A stretch of 64,000 nucleotides of DNA from Limisphaerales bacterium (GCA_044226545.1 JBGAGW010000003.1:431823-495822); one strand, 5' to 3'; shown: positions 53,616-62,964, counted from the first letter of the stretch. Program-made: numbers and translations. The notes: generated from the letters alone by a model not told the origin.

Positions 53616-54836
53616 TTAGAACTTGTAGACGATATTCGCCGCGATGGTCAGAGCGTCGATATCGGTATCTTTCCCGTGATAGATATGGTCACCGGCCATG
53701 TTACGATCGTAACGGATTTCACCACGAGTTACGACATTCGCCCAAAGCGAGTAATCCACTGTGAGGGTAATCGCGCCCAGCGCGTTGTCTTCACCAGGAT
53801 TAGCAGTGGTGTACCAAGTTCCGTTGCTGCCTTGAGCGTACTCAGCACGAGCGTTGAGCTTGAGCTTTTCCGTAGCAGCAAACGAGACATAACCAGCCGC
53901 AGTCCATGCATGAGCATCATTGCCAAACACTGGAGCCGGAGCGCCATCGCGGTAGTCGAACGCCGCACCGATCGAGAGAGCTTCAATCGGAGTATTCAGC
54001 GTAGCGCCAGCATAGTAGCTGGCGATATCAACGCCGTCCGTGGCCTTCCCGCCGAAGGCGGTCACACCAGCAGTCGAGTTGCCGTAAACGATACCAGCAT
54101 AGATGGCCGATCCTTTGAATGAACCGGCGCTTTCAGGCAGGGTGATCGTCAACGATCCGAGAAACGCCTTACGGGTTTCACCATCTTCGGGGCTGCCAGT
54201 TGGCCCGGCAATGCGATCGTTGATACCGCCAGTCCAGCCATTGGCCACACCACCCGACACGCTCAACCAATCGGCCACATGATAACTCATGAGGATACCT
54301 GTATGGTGAGTCGGTTCGATGAAGTATCCGTAAGAGCGGCTGAAGTTCGGGTTGTTAACGCTTTCGAAAACTTCGTAGCCGATTACTGTGTCCCATACAC
54401 CGATCTTGAAATCGAGACCGTTGCCGACCGGAGCACGCAGCGAGACATACGCCTGCTTCACGTTGAAGTCACTGGAATCCGTGCCGAAGCCAGGATTCGC
54501 AACCGTTCCATAGTAGCTGGCATCAGGCCCGAAAACCAGGTCGGCCTTGTAACCGGCAGACCATTGACCTTCGTCCAACGGCTTTTCCAGCACGAGCTTG
54601 ACGGCGTGCAGGTTAAACCCGTCCAACTTGCTTGGTGCGCCGTCAAATGTGCGGCCAGCAATACCGGCGCCATTGTCGTTACCAACACTCCAGATGGCCG
54701 ACGTATCCACATAACCACTCAGCGTGGTTTGGGACAACGCGGTCAATACCTGGTGTTGTTCTTCGGCCTTTACGGCCAAGCCAGAGCCAATAACTCCGGC
54801 GCTGGCCAGGGCCAGCGTCCACTTATTTAATATCAT
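53616..54836 (-). CDS. Outer-membrane beta-barrel porin (bbp2/OprB-like)
   Basis: It has a signal peptide (MILNKWTLALASAGVIGSGLAVKA), an alternating beta-strand pattern rich in G/Y/A, and a C-terminal ...ANIVYKF with terminal Phe. A strong GGAGGA Shine-Dalgarno sequence lies 6 nt upstream. Confidence 0.75.
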   Translation of the reverse strand: MILNKWTLALASAGVIGSGLAVKAEEQHQVLTALSQTTLSGYVDTSAIWSVGNDNGAGIAGRTFDGAPSKLDGFNLHAVKLVLEKPLDEGQWSAGYKADLVFGPDASYYGTVANPGFGTDSSDFNVKQAYVSLRAPVGNGLDFKIGVWDTVIGYEVFESVNNPNFSRSYGYFIEPTHHTGILMSYHVADWLSVSGGVANGWTGGINDRIAGPTGSPEDGETRKAFLGSLTITLPESAGSFKGSAIYAGIVYGNSTAGVTAFGGKATDGVDIASYYAGATLNTPIEALSIGAAFDYRDGAPAPVFGNDAHAWTAAGYVSFAATEKLKLNARAEYAQGSNGTWYTTANPGEDNALGAITLTVDYSLWANVVTRGEIRYDRNMAGDHIYHGKDTDIDALTIAANIVYKF

Positions 54837-54990
54837 TAGGTTCCTCCGCTAAGTATTTTGTGCATTGCCACCTGCAAGGGTGACTTGGGCTGCATTTTCA
54901 TGAAAAACGCTCACAAGACAAGAGGAATTTTTCAAGAGAGAGGGCATTTTGTGGGGAATTCTCGGTGTTTTGCCTGAGATCCATCCGGAA

Positions 54991-55332
54991 ATGAAGGGTA
55001 GTCAAAGGTTCGAAAGTCTACACAACCACATGACCATCAACGCCAAACAAACGGTTTGGGTTGAAACGCCGATCGTCAATGAATTCCACGCGCTTCGTGC
55101 CCTGCAACGCAAGGATCAAGAGTGCTTCAGAGAGCTTTTCTGTGCTGGAGAAGTGGAAATCGAACGCTCCACTCTCAGTTACGACTTCCAATTCATGACC
55201 GTTAATGTTCAGCATCCGAACGGAATCCCATACGATATCCGTCAGTTTAAGGTGAGTTGCCACAGAGAAAAGTCGCTCCCCTTTCCGGAAACGCAAGGGG
55301 ACGGCCCGATAAATGGTCAGGCCTTCCCGTAG
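54991..55332 (+). CDS. Possible hypothetical protein (strand ambiguous)
   Basis: The plus-strand ORF (TTG 54949, ATG 54991 or ATG 55030) uses the locally preferred codons atc/ttc/gaa/ccg/acg better than the fully antisense 92-aa ORF at 55018-55296. No motif was recognised. It overlaps the recQ stop by 16 nt. Confidence 0.3.
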   Translation: MKGSQRFESLHNHMTINAKQTVWVETPIVNEFHALRALQRKDQECFRELFCAGEVEIERSTLSYDFQFMTVNVQHPNGIPYDIRQFKVSCHREKSLPFPETQGDGPINGQAFP

Positions 55333-57503
55333 GAACTTTCTACCTGACTAAATGCTCGAAAGACCCGGAGCTGCCCATAACTGAATCTGCCGCCCAAAGC
55401 TTCGAAAACACCTGTAAGATTCGCGGAACCATACTTTTCGAGCGCTGCTTTGATTTCCTCCCGAGCGGAAGGATCGAAAAATCGATTTACGTCGTGCAGA
55501 CGCCCCGACTCCACTGCACTGACGATATGCTGGTAAATCGTTCCCGGAGTCAGATCGCGCATTTGAGCAATCTCGTCGACGTTCTTCCCCTGCCCTACCA
55601 AACGCACCGTTTCGGCGGTTGTGTCATTCATCGTTCCGCTCGAACGCGGAGGATTCGCTGGTGCCGCTGGCGGTTTGGCCGCTGTCGCGAGTTCAGGATT
55701 GGCCGTGAGATACTCGCCAATTGCATGCAAAAAGGCTTCACCAAACTCTTCGTACTTTCTTTCACCCACGCCCGGGACGCGGCGCATTTCACGCTCGGTC
55801 TTCGGATAGTCCCGCGCCATGAAACGCAACGCGACATCCGAAAAAACGATGTAGGCCGGAACACGCCGCTCGTCCGCCAGTCGCTTGCGCAAGTCGCGCA
55901 GTTTTACAAAAAGGGCTTCATCGCATTCAATCGCACCGGCGCGGGTCCTGGCCGGTTCTCGAGCGGCCATCGCCCGCGTGAGAAGGATCTGGCGGCGTAC
56001 CTTTAACGCGCTCCTTCCCTCTTCCGTTAATTCGAGCACGTTGAAGCGCTCGGCATTCTGTCGCAGCAGGCCGAGCCGGACCAATTCGCGACCGATTCCG
56101 GCCCATTCCTGCCGGCTGTGCTCCTTGCCGATAGAGTAGGTTGAAAGCGAATCGTGCCCCCACTTCACGATCTTTTCGCTCTGTCCGCCGGTAAGGACTT
56201 CTGCCACATGCCCCACCCCCACGCTGAAACCGCTCTTCTCCCGAATCCGATAAACACAGGAAAGGAATTTTTGCGCGGCTATCGTGGCATCCCAACTTTC
56301 CCGGGGTGAAAGGCAATTGTCACATGAACCGCAGTTCTGCACCGGCATTGTTTCACCGAAATAATTCAGAAGAAATCTTCGGCGGCATCCGCTGTCCTCC
56401 GCATAATGCACCATCAATTCGAGCTGGGCTCGCGCCGCCTCGCGTTCCTCAGGCGGCTTTTCATCGATGAAACGTTCGTACTTAATGCGGTCGCCCACGC
56501 TGAAGAGCAGCAGGCAATCGCTCGGCAAACCGTCGCGTCCAGCCCGGCCGGTTTCCTGGTAATACCCTTCAATGTTCTTCGGCAGGTCGTAATGAATCAC
56601 GTAGCGGACGTTCGGTTTGTTTATGCCCATGCCGAAGGCGATCGTCGCGCAAATCACCCGCACGTCATCGCGCAAAAAGGCTTCCTGCTGCCGCGCGCGA
56701 TCAGGCGATTCCATCCCAGCATGATAAGGCGCCGCCGCGATCCGATCCTCGCGCAGCTTTTCGGCGAGGGATTCGGCTCCCTTACGGGATTGGCAGTAGA
56801 TAATCCCGCTTTCGTCAGCACGCTTCCGGATGAATTCGAGAATTTGGTCATACGCTCCTGTTTTGGGCGAAACGGTATACTTCAGATTCGGCCGATTGAA
56901 GCTTGCCACGTAAAACATCGGACTCCGCAGCTTCAACTGCGCCGCGATGTCCTTGCGCACCCGTTCTGTAGCCGTGGCCGTCAACGCCATCACCGGGATT
57001 CCGGGGAATTTCTCGCGCAGGGTCGCGAGTTGCCGGTACTCCGGCCGAAAGTCGTGCCCCCATTCGCTGATGCAATGCGCCTCATCGATGGCGAAGAGGG
57101 TCACGTTCCAACGCTGCAGACTCTCAAGAAAGTTCGGGAGCATCAGCCGTTCCGGTGCGGCATAGAGCAACTTGTACTGACCGCGCTCCACCCCCTGAAA
57201 TCGTTCGCGCGCCTCGTGCGCCGCCAAGGTCGAATTGATGAACGTCGCTGAAATGCCGGCCGCAGTCAGCGCATCCACCTGGTCCTTCATTAACGCAATG
57301 AGCGGCGACACGACGACCGTCAGTCCGCGTTTCGCGAGGGCGGTTAACTGAAAACAAAGCGACTTCCCTCCGCCGGTGGGTAGCAGAGCTAAAACGTCTT
57401 TTCCCGCGAGCGCATCATTAATGATCTCCTGTTGCAGCGGGCGAAATGCGGAAAAGCCGAAATAGCGCTGGAGCAGATCTGGCAGTGAAGAAGGGTTCGA
57501 CAC
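55317..57503 (-). CDS. recQ: ATP-dependent DNA helicase RecQ
   Basis: The call rests on FGFSAFRPLQQEIIN, LPTGGGKSLCFQ, DEAHCISEWGHDFRPEY, the zinc-binding Cys cluster, HRDC and a C-terminal HTH extension. The start codon is GTG. Confidence 0.96.
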   Translation of the reverse strand: MSNPSSLPDLLQRYFGFSAFRPLQQEIINDALAGKDVLALLPTGGGKSLCFQLTALAKRGLTVVVSPLIALMKDQVDALTAAGISATFINSTLAAHEARERFQGVERGQYKLLYAAPERLMLPNFLESLQRWNVTLFAIDEAHCISEWGHDFRPEYRQLATLREKFPGIPVMALTATATERVRKDIAAQLKLRSPMFYVASFNRPNLKYTVSPKTGAYDQILEFIRKRADESGIIYCQSRKGAESLAEKLREDRIAAAPYHAGMESPDRARQQEAFLRDDVRVICATIAFGMGINKPNVRYVIHYDLPKNIEGYYQETGRAGRDGLPSDCLLLFSVGDRIKYERFIDEKPPEEREAARAQLELMVHYAEDSGCRRRFLLNYFGETMPVQNCGSCDNCLSPRESWDATIAAQKFLSCVYRIREKSGFSVGVGHVAEVLTGGQSEKIVKWGHDSLSTYSIGKEHSRQEWAGIGRELVRLGLLRQNAERFNVLELTEEGRSALKVRRQILLTRAMAAREPARTRAGAIECDEALFVKLRDLRKRLADERRVPAYIVFSDVALRFMARDYPKTEREMRRVPGVGERKYEEFGEAFLHAIGEYLTANPELATAAKPPAAPANPPRSSGTMNDTTAETVRLVGQGKNVDEIAQMRDLTPGTIYQHIVSAVESGRLHDVNRFFDPSAREEIKAALEKYGSANLTGVFEALGGRFSYGQLRVFRAFSQVESSYGKA

Positions 57504-57622
57504 AAAGTTCGCTTATATCTGTACGCAGGTCTCACCGAAAAAGCGAGACAAACAGATTGGTTGTCGTGTGCCGCGAAGTGTTTGAACCCCCGCGCTCGAA
57601 TTGTTAGCGTGCGGCCGCTCCA

Positions 57623-58771
57623 ATGGACGAGAAACCATCAACAAAGATGCGCAGCGCCAGTGCCGCACGTAGAATTGCTTTTCAGGAAAGTGGGTTGGTG
57701 CTGGTCGTGCTCGTTCTCGGCGCCGTCCTCGCGTTTTTCGGCGGCTCGGTGGACCGACCGAAGTTTCACGTGAACGAACAGGGAGAGCGCGAACGGGTTT
57801 TTCGTGAACTGCCGAATGGCGAGCGGGAACCGGTTTTCGAGCGGAAAAACAAGTTCCTCAACGCCGATAATCTTGCACAGTTAGCCAAGGACACGAGTTT
57901 CGTGGCGGTGATGGCGGTGGGCGCAACGGTTGTGATCATCGCGGGAGGGATTGATCTGTCTGTGGGAGCGATTTATGCACTCAGTTCGGTCGCGGCAGCC
58001 CTCGCGTTTCATCGATATGGACCTGAGGGCTCGCAGGCAGGCGTCTCTTCGTGGGCCAGCGTTCCCCTGGGGATTCTGGTCTGTCTCGGCATCGGCACCC
58101 TCTGCGGGTTAGTAAACGGTGGGATGATTGTCGCGCTCAAAGTTCACCCTTTCATCATCACGCTGGGCACGATGGCGATTTATCGAGGCGTGGCTTTCGT
58201 TCTCACCAACGGTCAATCGATCGGCAGTTTTCCGGAGGCGTTTCGCTCGCTTATCCGTTACGACTTCGGCACGGAGTTGAGCTTCGTCCCCCTGGGTGTG
58301 ATGATCCTCGTGGCAGCAGCCGGTGGCGTTTTTTTGTCGCTGATGGCGACGGGACGGCGCGTTTACGCTGTCGGTGGAAACGAACTGGCCAGCCGCTACA
58401 GCGGAATCCGTGTGGAGAGGGTGAAGCTCGGCGTCTTTGTTATTTCCGGCCTCACCGCCGGTATCGCCGCGCTGCTGGCGATCGGATACTACGGCGCGGC
58501 CAGTTCAGGCGACGGCGAAGGTTATGAGCTGAACGTCATCGCCGCATCTGTCGTCGGCGGCGCGAGTTTATCCGGAGGGAAAGGTTCTTCTCTCGGCGCG
58601 CTGCTCGGCGCTCTGATCATTCAAATGATCAGCAGCGGCATCGTCATCCTGGGAATTCCGCAGAACTACAGTCGGATTATTATCGGGTTTGCCGTTATCG
58701 TTGCGGTCGTTTTCGATCAAGTAAACAACTGGATGGCCAAACAGAGACTCACCAGGCGCGGCGGCGTCTAA
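57623..58771 (+). CDS. ABC transporter permease, RbsC/AraH-type, orphan (no ATPase or binding-protein gene nearby)
   Basis: It has IIAGGIDLSVGAIYAL and GGASLSGGKGSSLGALLGALI motifs. A ~45-aa charged insert sits in the first periplasmic loop. Confidence 0.88.
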   Translation: MDEKPSTKMRSASAARRIAFQESGLVLVVLVLGAVLAFFGGSVDRPKFHVNEQGERERVFRELPNGEREPVFERKNKFLNADNLAQLAKDTSFVAVMAVGATVVIIAGGIDLSVGAIYALSSVAAALAFHRYGPEGSQAGVSSWASVPLGILVCLGIGTLCGLVNGGMIVALKVHPFIITLGTMAIYRGVAFVLTNGQSIGSFPEAFRSLIRYDFGTELSFVPLGVMILVAAAGGVFLSLMATGRRVYAVGGNELASRYSGIRVERVKLGVFVISGLTAGIAALLAIGYYGAASSGDGEGYELNVIAASVVGGASLSGGKGSSLGALLGALIIQMISSGIVILGIPQNYSRIIIGFAVIVAVVFDQVNNWMAKQRLTRRGGV

Positions 58772-58788
58772 TCTCGGGCATCTCCGGG

Positions 58789-59448
58789 TTGAATATCCCC
58801 GACCCCGTTGCTTCATTGGTCCTGAAGGAGGAACGGTGCAAACGGCGAATCGAGCATGTGGTCGGTATCGGCTATGGTGACGACGTGGACCGCGTGAAGC
58901 AGGTGATCCTCGGCGCACTTCATGATATCGACGGAGTGCTCGATGACCCAAAACCAGACGTAAAGGTAGGCGATCTCGCCGCAAGCTCGGTAAACCTTTT
59001 AATTCGCTGGTGGATTACTCCCGCAGAGCGGACCGAAGAAATTGACAGCCGCGACGAGGTGCTCAGCATTGTTAAACGGGAACTTCTCGCCAATGGCATC
59101 GATCTTCCCTACGAAACCCACACTGTTCTTTTCCACGATCAAACAGACGAAACCGACGGGGACCGCCGCCACCAGCGGGAAGGCTGGCCTCCGGGCGAGG
59201 CCCTCCGAAACCGCAGTCAATCGCTCGCGCCCTCCTCCGAACACGCCGGGAGACGAACGAGGGCGACGGTCGACCCGATCGGGAAGATTTTCTCAGACCA
59301 ACAAAGGAAGGGGAAAGAAACTGATTATGAATACACTCGTCGTTTTAGCGGATACCGGAACCTTGAAGGCGTTCTCTCTCGAAGAGAGTGCGGTCAACAG
59401 CTCGCCCAATCTCGAACCTTTGGACGCGACCCGATTGAGCGAAGGTGA
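58789..59448 (+). pseudogene. Remnant of a mechanosensitive channel (MscS family): C-terminal cytoplasmic domain only
   Basis: RRIEHVVGIGYGDDVDRVKQVILGALHDIDGVLDDPKPDVKVGDLAASSVNLLIRWWI...VKRELLANGIDLPYETHTV matches the MscS C-terminal alpha/beta domain. No TM helices or beta-domain are encoded upstream, since the permease stop is 17 nt away. The ORF tail runs out of frame into the next gene. Confidence 0.6.
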
Positions 59449-59782
59449 TGATCGTATTGGACGCTCAGTGACAGATGACGCGGGGCAATTTCGAAAAAGC
59501 AAAGGACGTTTCGCTGTGAACGGGGACCGCAGCGATGGGGAGCAGCACAACATTTGGCTGGAGAACGAACGCCGCAGCGTGAAACAAATTGCGGAACCCA
59601 ATGAGCAATTATGGGCATGCATAAAGGCAAACCAAGCGGCAAGTATTCGGAAACAAAAAAAAGGAATCGGCCGCCAACGCGATTATCAACGAACCGGCTG
59701 GCCGGAAGATGCGCCGACGCAGCGGGTCGGAACTGAAGGCGATCAGGAGGGAAGAGACCTCAAAGCGGGCAGCCCGATCTGA
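59327..59782 (+). CDS. Hypothetical protein (weak resemblance to the host-attachment-protein family N-terminus)
   Basis: A good RBS (AAGGAAGGGG) precedes the ATG at 59327. The start MNTLVVLADTGTLKAFSLEE...RSDGEQHNIWLENERRSVKQIAE loosely resembles Host_attach proteins. The C-terminal third, after an A8 run, looks non-homologous. Confidence 0.45.
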   Translation: MNTLVVLADTGTLKAFSLEESAVNSSPNLEPLDATRLSEGDDRIGRSVTDDAGQFRKSKGRFAVNGDRSDGEQHNIWLENERRSVKQIAEPNEQLWACIKANQAASIRKQKKGIGRQRDYQRTGWPEDAPTQRVGTEGDQEGRDLKAGSPI

Positions 59783-59860
59783 ATCGCAGCTTAGCAGGGT
59801 TTCTGTTGCCAGTGCTTTGAAATCCTTTCTGGGCGTGAGGCCGGCGAGCCGAAGATTTCC

Positions 59861-59905
59861 TTTGTCATTTCGCTCGTTGTGCTTTGTCATTTCGGAAACG
59901 AAATG
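59861..59905 (+). promoter_or_regulatory. Direct 12-mer repeat plus a start-codon-sequestering GAAA-tetraloop hairpin upstream of the creatininase-family gene
   Basis: TTTGTCATTTCG occurs at 59861-59872 and 59883-59894, a 22-nt period. CATTTCG (59888-59894), GAAA, and CGAAATG (59899-59905) form a perfect 7-bp hairpin whose 3' arm contains the ATG at 59903. Confidence 0.35.
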
Positions 59906-60661
59906 CACCTGGCCGATTTGACAGCTCCGGAGGTTCGCGCACTCAGTAAAGACACTCCTGTCGTGGTGCCCGTCGCCGCCCTGGAGCAGCATGGCGGGCA
60001 TCTCCCGGTTTTCACCGACAGCATGTTGCTCGGCGAAATAATTCGTCGGACAGCCGAGCGCTTTCATCAGAAGGTGCTCTTTGCTCCGTTGCTGTGGCTC
60101 GGAAACTCTCATCACCACCTGGACCTTTCCGGCACACTCTCAGTTTCCCCGCGCACCTATCTGGATCTTCTTTCCGATATCGCGGAAAACCTCCTTCACC
60201 ACGGCTTTCGTCGGATACTCTTCGTTAACGGACATGGTGGAAACGACGTCCCCGGTCGCCAGGCAACCTTCGAACTGCGCCAGAAACATCGCCAGCGAAA
60301 GGACCTGCTGCTCCTCTTCGGCACGTACTGGCTGCTCGGTTCCAAACCGAACGAAATCGATCCCACACTGCATCAAACCCAAATGGGCCACGCATGCGAA
60401 TGGGAGACATCCATGATCCTTCGCATTCGCCCGGATCTCGTTCGCCCGTACAAAGACCTGCTCCCAGTGGAATTTGGCAACGCCTTCGAACCCGCCCACC
60501 GCGCGTGGGTGACACAGGATCGCACGGAGCCGGGCCATATCGGATTTCCGCGCCTGGCATCTCCTGAAAAGGGCGAGTCGCTCTTCAAGATTTTTTCTGA
60601 TGATGTCGCCTCACTTCTCAACCGCGTTCTAAAATGGGATGGCAAATCCTGGGAAGGATGA
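59903..60661 (+). CDS. Creatininase-family amidohydrolase
   Basis: The call rests on VVPVAALEQHGGHLPVFTD, ILFVNGHGGN and HACEWETS. The ATG at 59903 (MHLADLT) is preferred over the ORF maximum at 59879. Confidence 0.88.
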   Translation: MHLADLTAPEVRALSKDTPVVVPVAALEQHGGHLPVFTDSMLLGEIIRRTAERFHQKVLFAPLLWLGNSHHHLDLSGTLSVSPRTYLDLLSDIAENLLHHGFRRILFVNGHGGNDVPGRQATFELRQKHRQRKDLLLLFGTYWLLGSKPNEIDPTLHQTQMGHACEWETSMILRIRPDLVRPYKDLLPVEFGNAFEPAHRAWVTQDRTEPGHIGFPRLASPEKGESLFKIFSDDVASLLNRVLKWDGKSWEG

Positions 60662-61902
60662 ACCGCTCTCTTTCCTGGAAATGGTGGATTTGCGGCCTGC
60701 TCCTGCTCGCCTCGGCCATCAACTACATGGACCGGCAGACGCTCGCCAACGCCGCGCACCGGATCACCACTGAATTCCATCTCTCCCAGGAACAATACGG
60801 CAAGCTCGAGACTGCTTTCGGACTGGCCTTCGCCGCGGGCTCTATGGTCTTTGGCGTCCTGGCCGACAAATTCCCGCTCCGTTGGTTGTACCCGATCGTG
60901 CTCTTTCTTTGGTCTCTTGCGGGTTTCGCCACTGGAACCGTCACGTCCTACACCGGTCTGCTGGTCTGTCGAACCGCCCTTGGTCTCTTCGAAGCCGGCC
61001 ACTGGCCCTGTGCCGTCAAAGCCACCCAGGCGCTGCTCGAACCAAAAGACCGCGGACTCGGCAACAGCGTCCTGCAAAGCGGCACTTCCATCGGCGCAAT
61101 CATCACCCCCCTCTTCATGCGGCTACTTTTAACGGAAGAACTCAGTAGCTGGCGTTTCGCATTTCAGGCCGTCGGGGTGATCGGTCTTCTTTGGATCCTC
61201 GCCTGGTTCGCCCTGATCAGAAAAGGTGACCTCGATGAACGGTCGCGTGTCGATTCACAACGCATTGCCGCCAAATCGACCGAAGCTCCGACATTTCTGC
61301 GCGCGATCCTCACCCGCCGCATGCTCATCATCATTTTTGTCATTGCACTGATCAACACGGGCTGGCAACTCATCCGCGCCTGGTTACCTAAGTTCCTCAT
61401 CGAAGGACGAGCGTATACCGAAAGCCAGATGCTCTACTTCAACTCGCTCTTCTACATCGCCACCGACATCGGTTGCATCGGCGCCGGCTTCCTTACGGTC
61501 TGGTTCCACCGTCGCCGGCTCTCCGTCACCCGCTCCCGCAAGCTCGCGTTCCTCATTTGCGCATCACTGAGTGCCCTGACCATTGGTGTCATCTGGCTTC
61601 CGAAATCCCCTCTCCTTCTCATCCTCCTCCTTTTCATCGGCGCAGGCGCACTTGGCGTCTTTCCCATCTACCACGCTTTCACCCAGGACATTTCCCGTCA
61701 CCACCAGGGGAAAGTTACCGGCATCGGCGGGGTCGCAGCGTGGGCTCTATCCCCAGCCCAAACACTCTACGGTCGCCTCATCGACAAAACCGGTTCGTTC
61801 GACCTCGGCTTCGCCATCGCCGGTAGCATGCCTCTCCTCGCTTTCCTTGCGCTGGCTCTCTTTTGGAAAGACGAACCTATCCAAACTGAGCGGAGCGGAT
61901 AG
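60658..61902 (+). CDS. MFS transporter (ExuT / anion:cation symporter-like)
   Basis: MNRSLSWKWWICGLLLLASAINYMDRQTLANAA is the typical ACS-family N-terminus. The protein has 12 TM segments. Its ATG overlaps the creatininase stop as ATGA at 60658-60661. Confidence 0.88.
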   Translation: MNRSLSWKWWICGLLLLASAINYMDRQTLANAAHRITTEFHLSQEQYGKLETAFGLAFAAGSMVFGVLADKFPLRWLYPIVLFLWSLAGFATGTVTSYTGLLVCRTALGLFEAGHWPCAVKATQALLEPKDRGLGNSVLQSGTSIGAIITPLFMRLLLTEELSSWRFAFQAVGVIGLLWILAWFALIRKGDLDERSRVDSQRIAAKSTEAPTFLRAILTRRMLIIIFVIALINTGWQLIRAWLPKFLIEGRAYTESQMLYFNSLFYIATDIGCIGAGFLTVWFHRRRLSVTRSRKLAFLICASLSALTIGVIWLPKSPLLLILLLFIGAGALGVFPIYHAFTQDISRHHQGKVTGIGGVAAWALSPAQTLYGRLIDKTGSFDLGFAIAGSMPLLAFLALALFWKDEPIQTERSG

Positions 61903-61947
61903 GCTCGCAATTTTCCCGCGCTTTGGGACGGTGACTGGAGTTAGCTC

Positions 61948-62949
61948 ATGGATCTGGAAGAAAGTTATCGGGTGTTGCGGGTGCAGCCGGGAGTGAGCCT
62001 GCCGGAAGTGCGGCGCTCCTATCGCGAGTTGCTGAAGTTCTTTCACCCGGATCGGCACCATGCCAGTCCCGGTCTCTTGCGCAAAGCCACTGAAGAAACG
62101 AAGAAGATTAATCTCGCGTATGAGCGTGTTTGTCAGGTTCTGGGCGGCGGACGGCGAGTGGCCCCTGAGAAGCGCCGCAAAGCACCCAAAAATGCCGGTA
62201 ACCCGCCGATTCATGGACAGCCCTATACCGTTCCCGCCTGCGGGTTAAAAATGAACTGGGTCGCGCCCGGCCATTTTCGTATGGGCAGCCCGGCGACGGA
62301 AGCGGGACGCTCAAATGATGAAGGACCGCAAACCGGGGTGACCATCAGCCGCGGGTTTTGGCTGGGCGTCTTCGCGGTGACGCAGGAAGAATGGAATGCG
62401 GTCGAGGTGCGTGAACTGAACGCAGAGCCGAGCTTCTTCCGCGGGGCGCGCCTGCCGGTTGAGCAAGTGAATTGGGAGGATTGTCAAAAGTGGCTGGGAG
62501 AGTTGAATGCCCTCGAGGAAGATCGCGTGCCCGACGGATTCCATTATTGTCTGCCGACGGAAGCAGAATGGGAATTCGCTTGCCGCGCCGGCAGCGCAAC
62601 CCGGTTTCACTTTGGGGATGGCGAAAGCCAGTTCGGTGAGTACGCGTGGTCTTCCGCAAACAGCGGAGGGCAAACCCATCCGGTGGGGGAAAAACGGGCG
62701 AACAATTGGGGTTTCCACGACATGCACGGCAACGTGTGGGAATGGTGTGAGGACCGCTATAGTGGTCCGTTGCCCGGCGGAAGGGTGATCGATCCCAGAG
62801 GACCTATGGCCGGACCAAACCGCGTTTTTCGCGGCGGCTCCTGGGGAATGCCTGCGATACGATGCCGCTCAGCGTATCGAGTCTGGAACAAGCCTGGATA
62901 CCGCGACTACACCGTCGGATTTCGCCTTGCATTGGCACCCGTGATCTGA
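61948..62949 (+). CDS. J-domain (DnaJ-like) fused to an FGE-sulfatase (SUMF1/formylglycine-generating-enzyme-like) domain
   Basis: The N-terminal YRVLRVQPGVSLPEVRRSYRELLKFFHPDRH carries the HPD motif. The C-terminal region has FRMGSP...VNWEDCQKW...LPTEAEWEFACRAG...GFHDMHGNVWEWCEDRY...RGGSW...RCRSAYR...VGFRLA. Confidence 0.88.
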   Translation: MDLEESYRVLRVQPGVSLPEVRRSYRELLKFFHPDRHHASPGLLRKATEETKKINLAYERVCQVLGGGRRVAPEKRRKAPKNAGNPPIHGQPYTVPACGLKMNWVAPGHFRMGSPATEAGRSNDEGPQTGVTISRGFWLGVFAVTQEEWNAVEVRELNAEPSFFRGARLPVEQVNWEDCQKWLGELNALEEDRVPDGFHYCLPTEAEWEFACRAGSATRFHFGDGESQFGEYAWSSANSGGQTHPVGEKRANNWGFHDMHGNVWEWCEDRYSGPLPGGRVIDPRGPMAGPNRVFRGGSWGMPAIRCRSAYRVWNKPGYRDYTVGFRLALAPVI

Positions 62950-62964
62950 GTTCAAGACGCGAAA

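Noticed and set aside
55018-55296. 92-aa minus-strand ORF between recQ and the porin gene
   Set aside because: It is the exact antisense of the plus-strand ORF 54949-55332. It starts with TTG, has no Shine-Dalgarno sequence, and uses locally rarer codons (gta, act, gca, ttg). I could not exclude it, so the plus-strand call is given only low confidence.
56406-57251. 281-aa ORF on the plus strand
   Set aside because: It is antisense to recQ, whose helicase motifs are unambiguous. The same reasoning applies to other long antisense ORFs: 23375-24058, 26037-26672, 33001-33708, 36339-37013 and 60373-61077.
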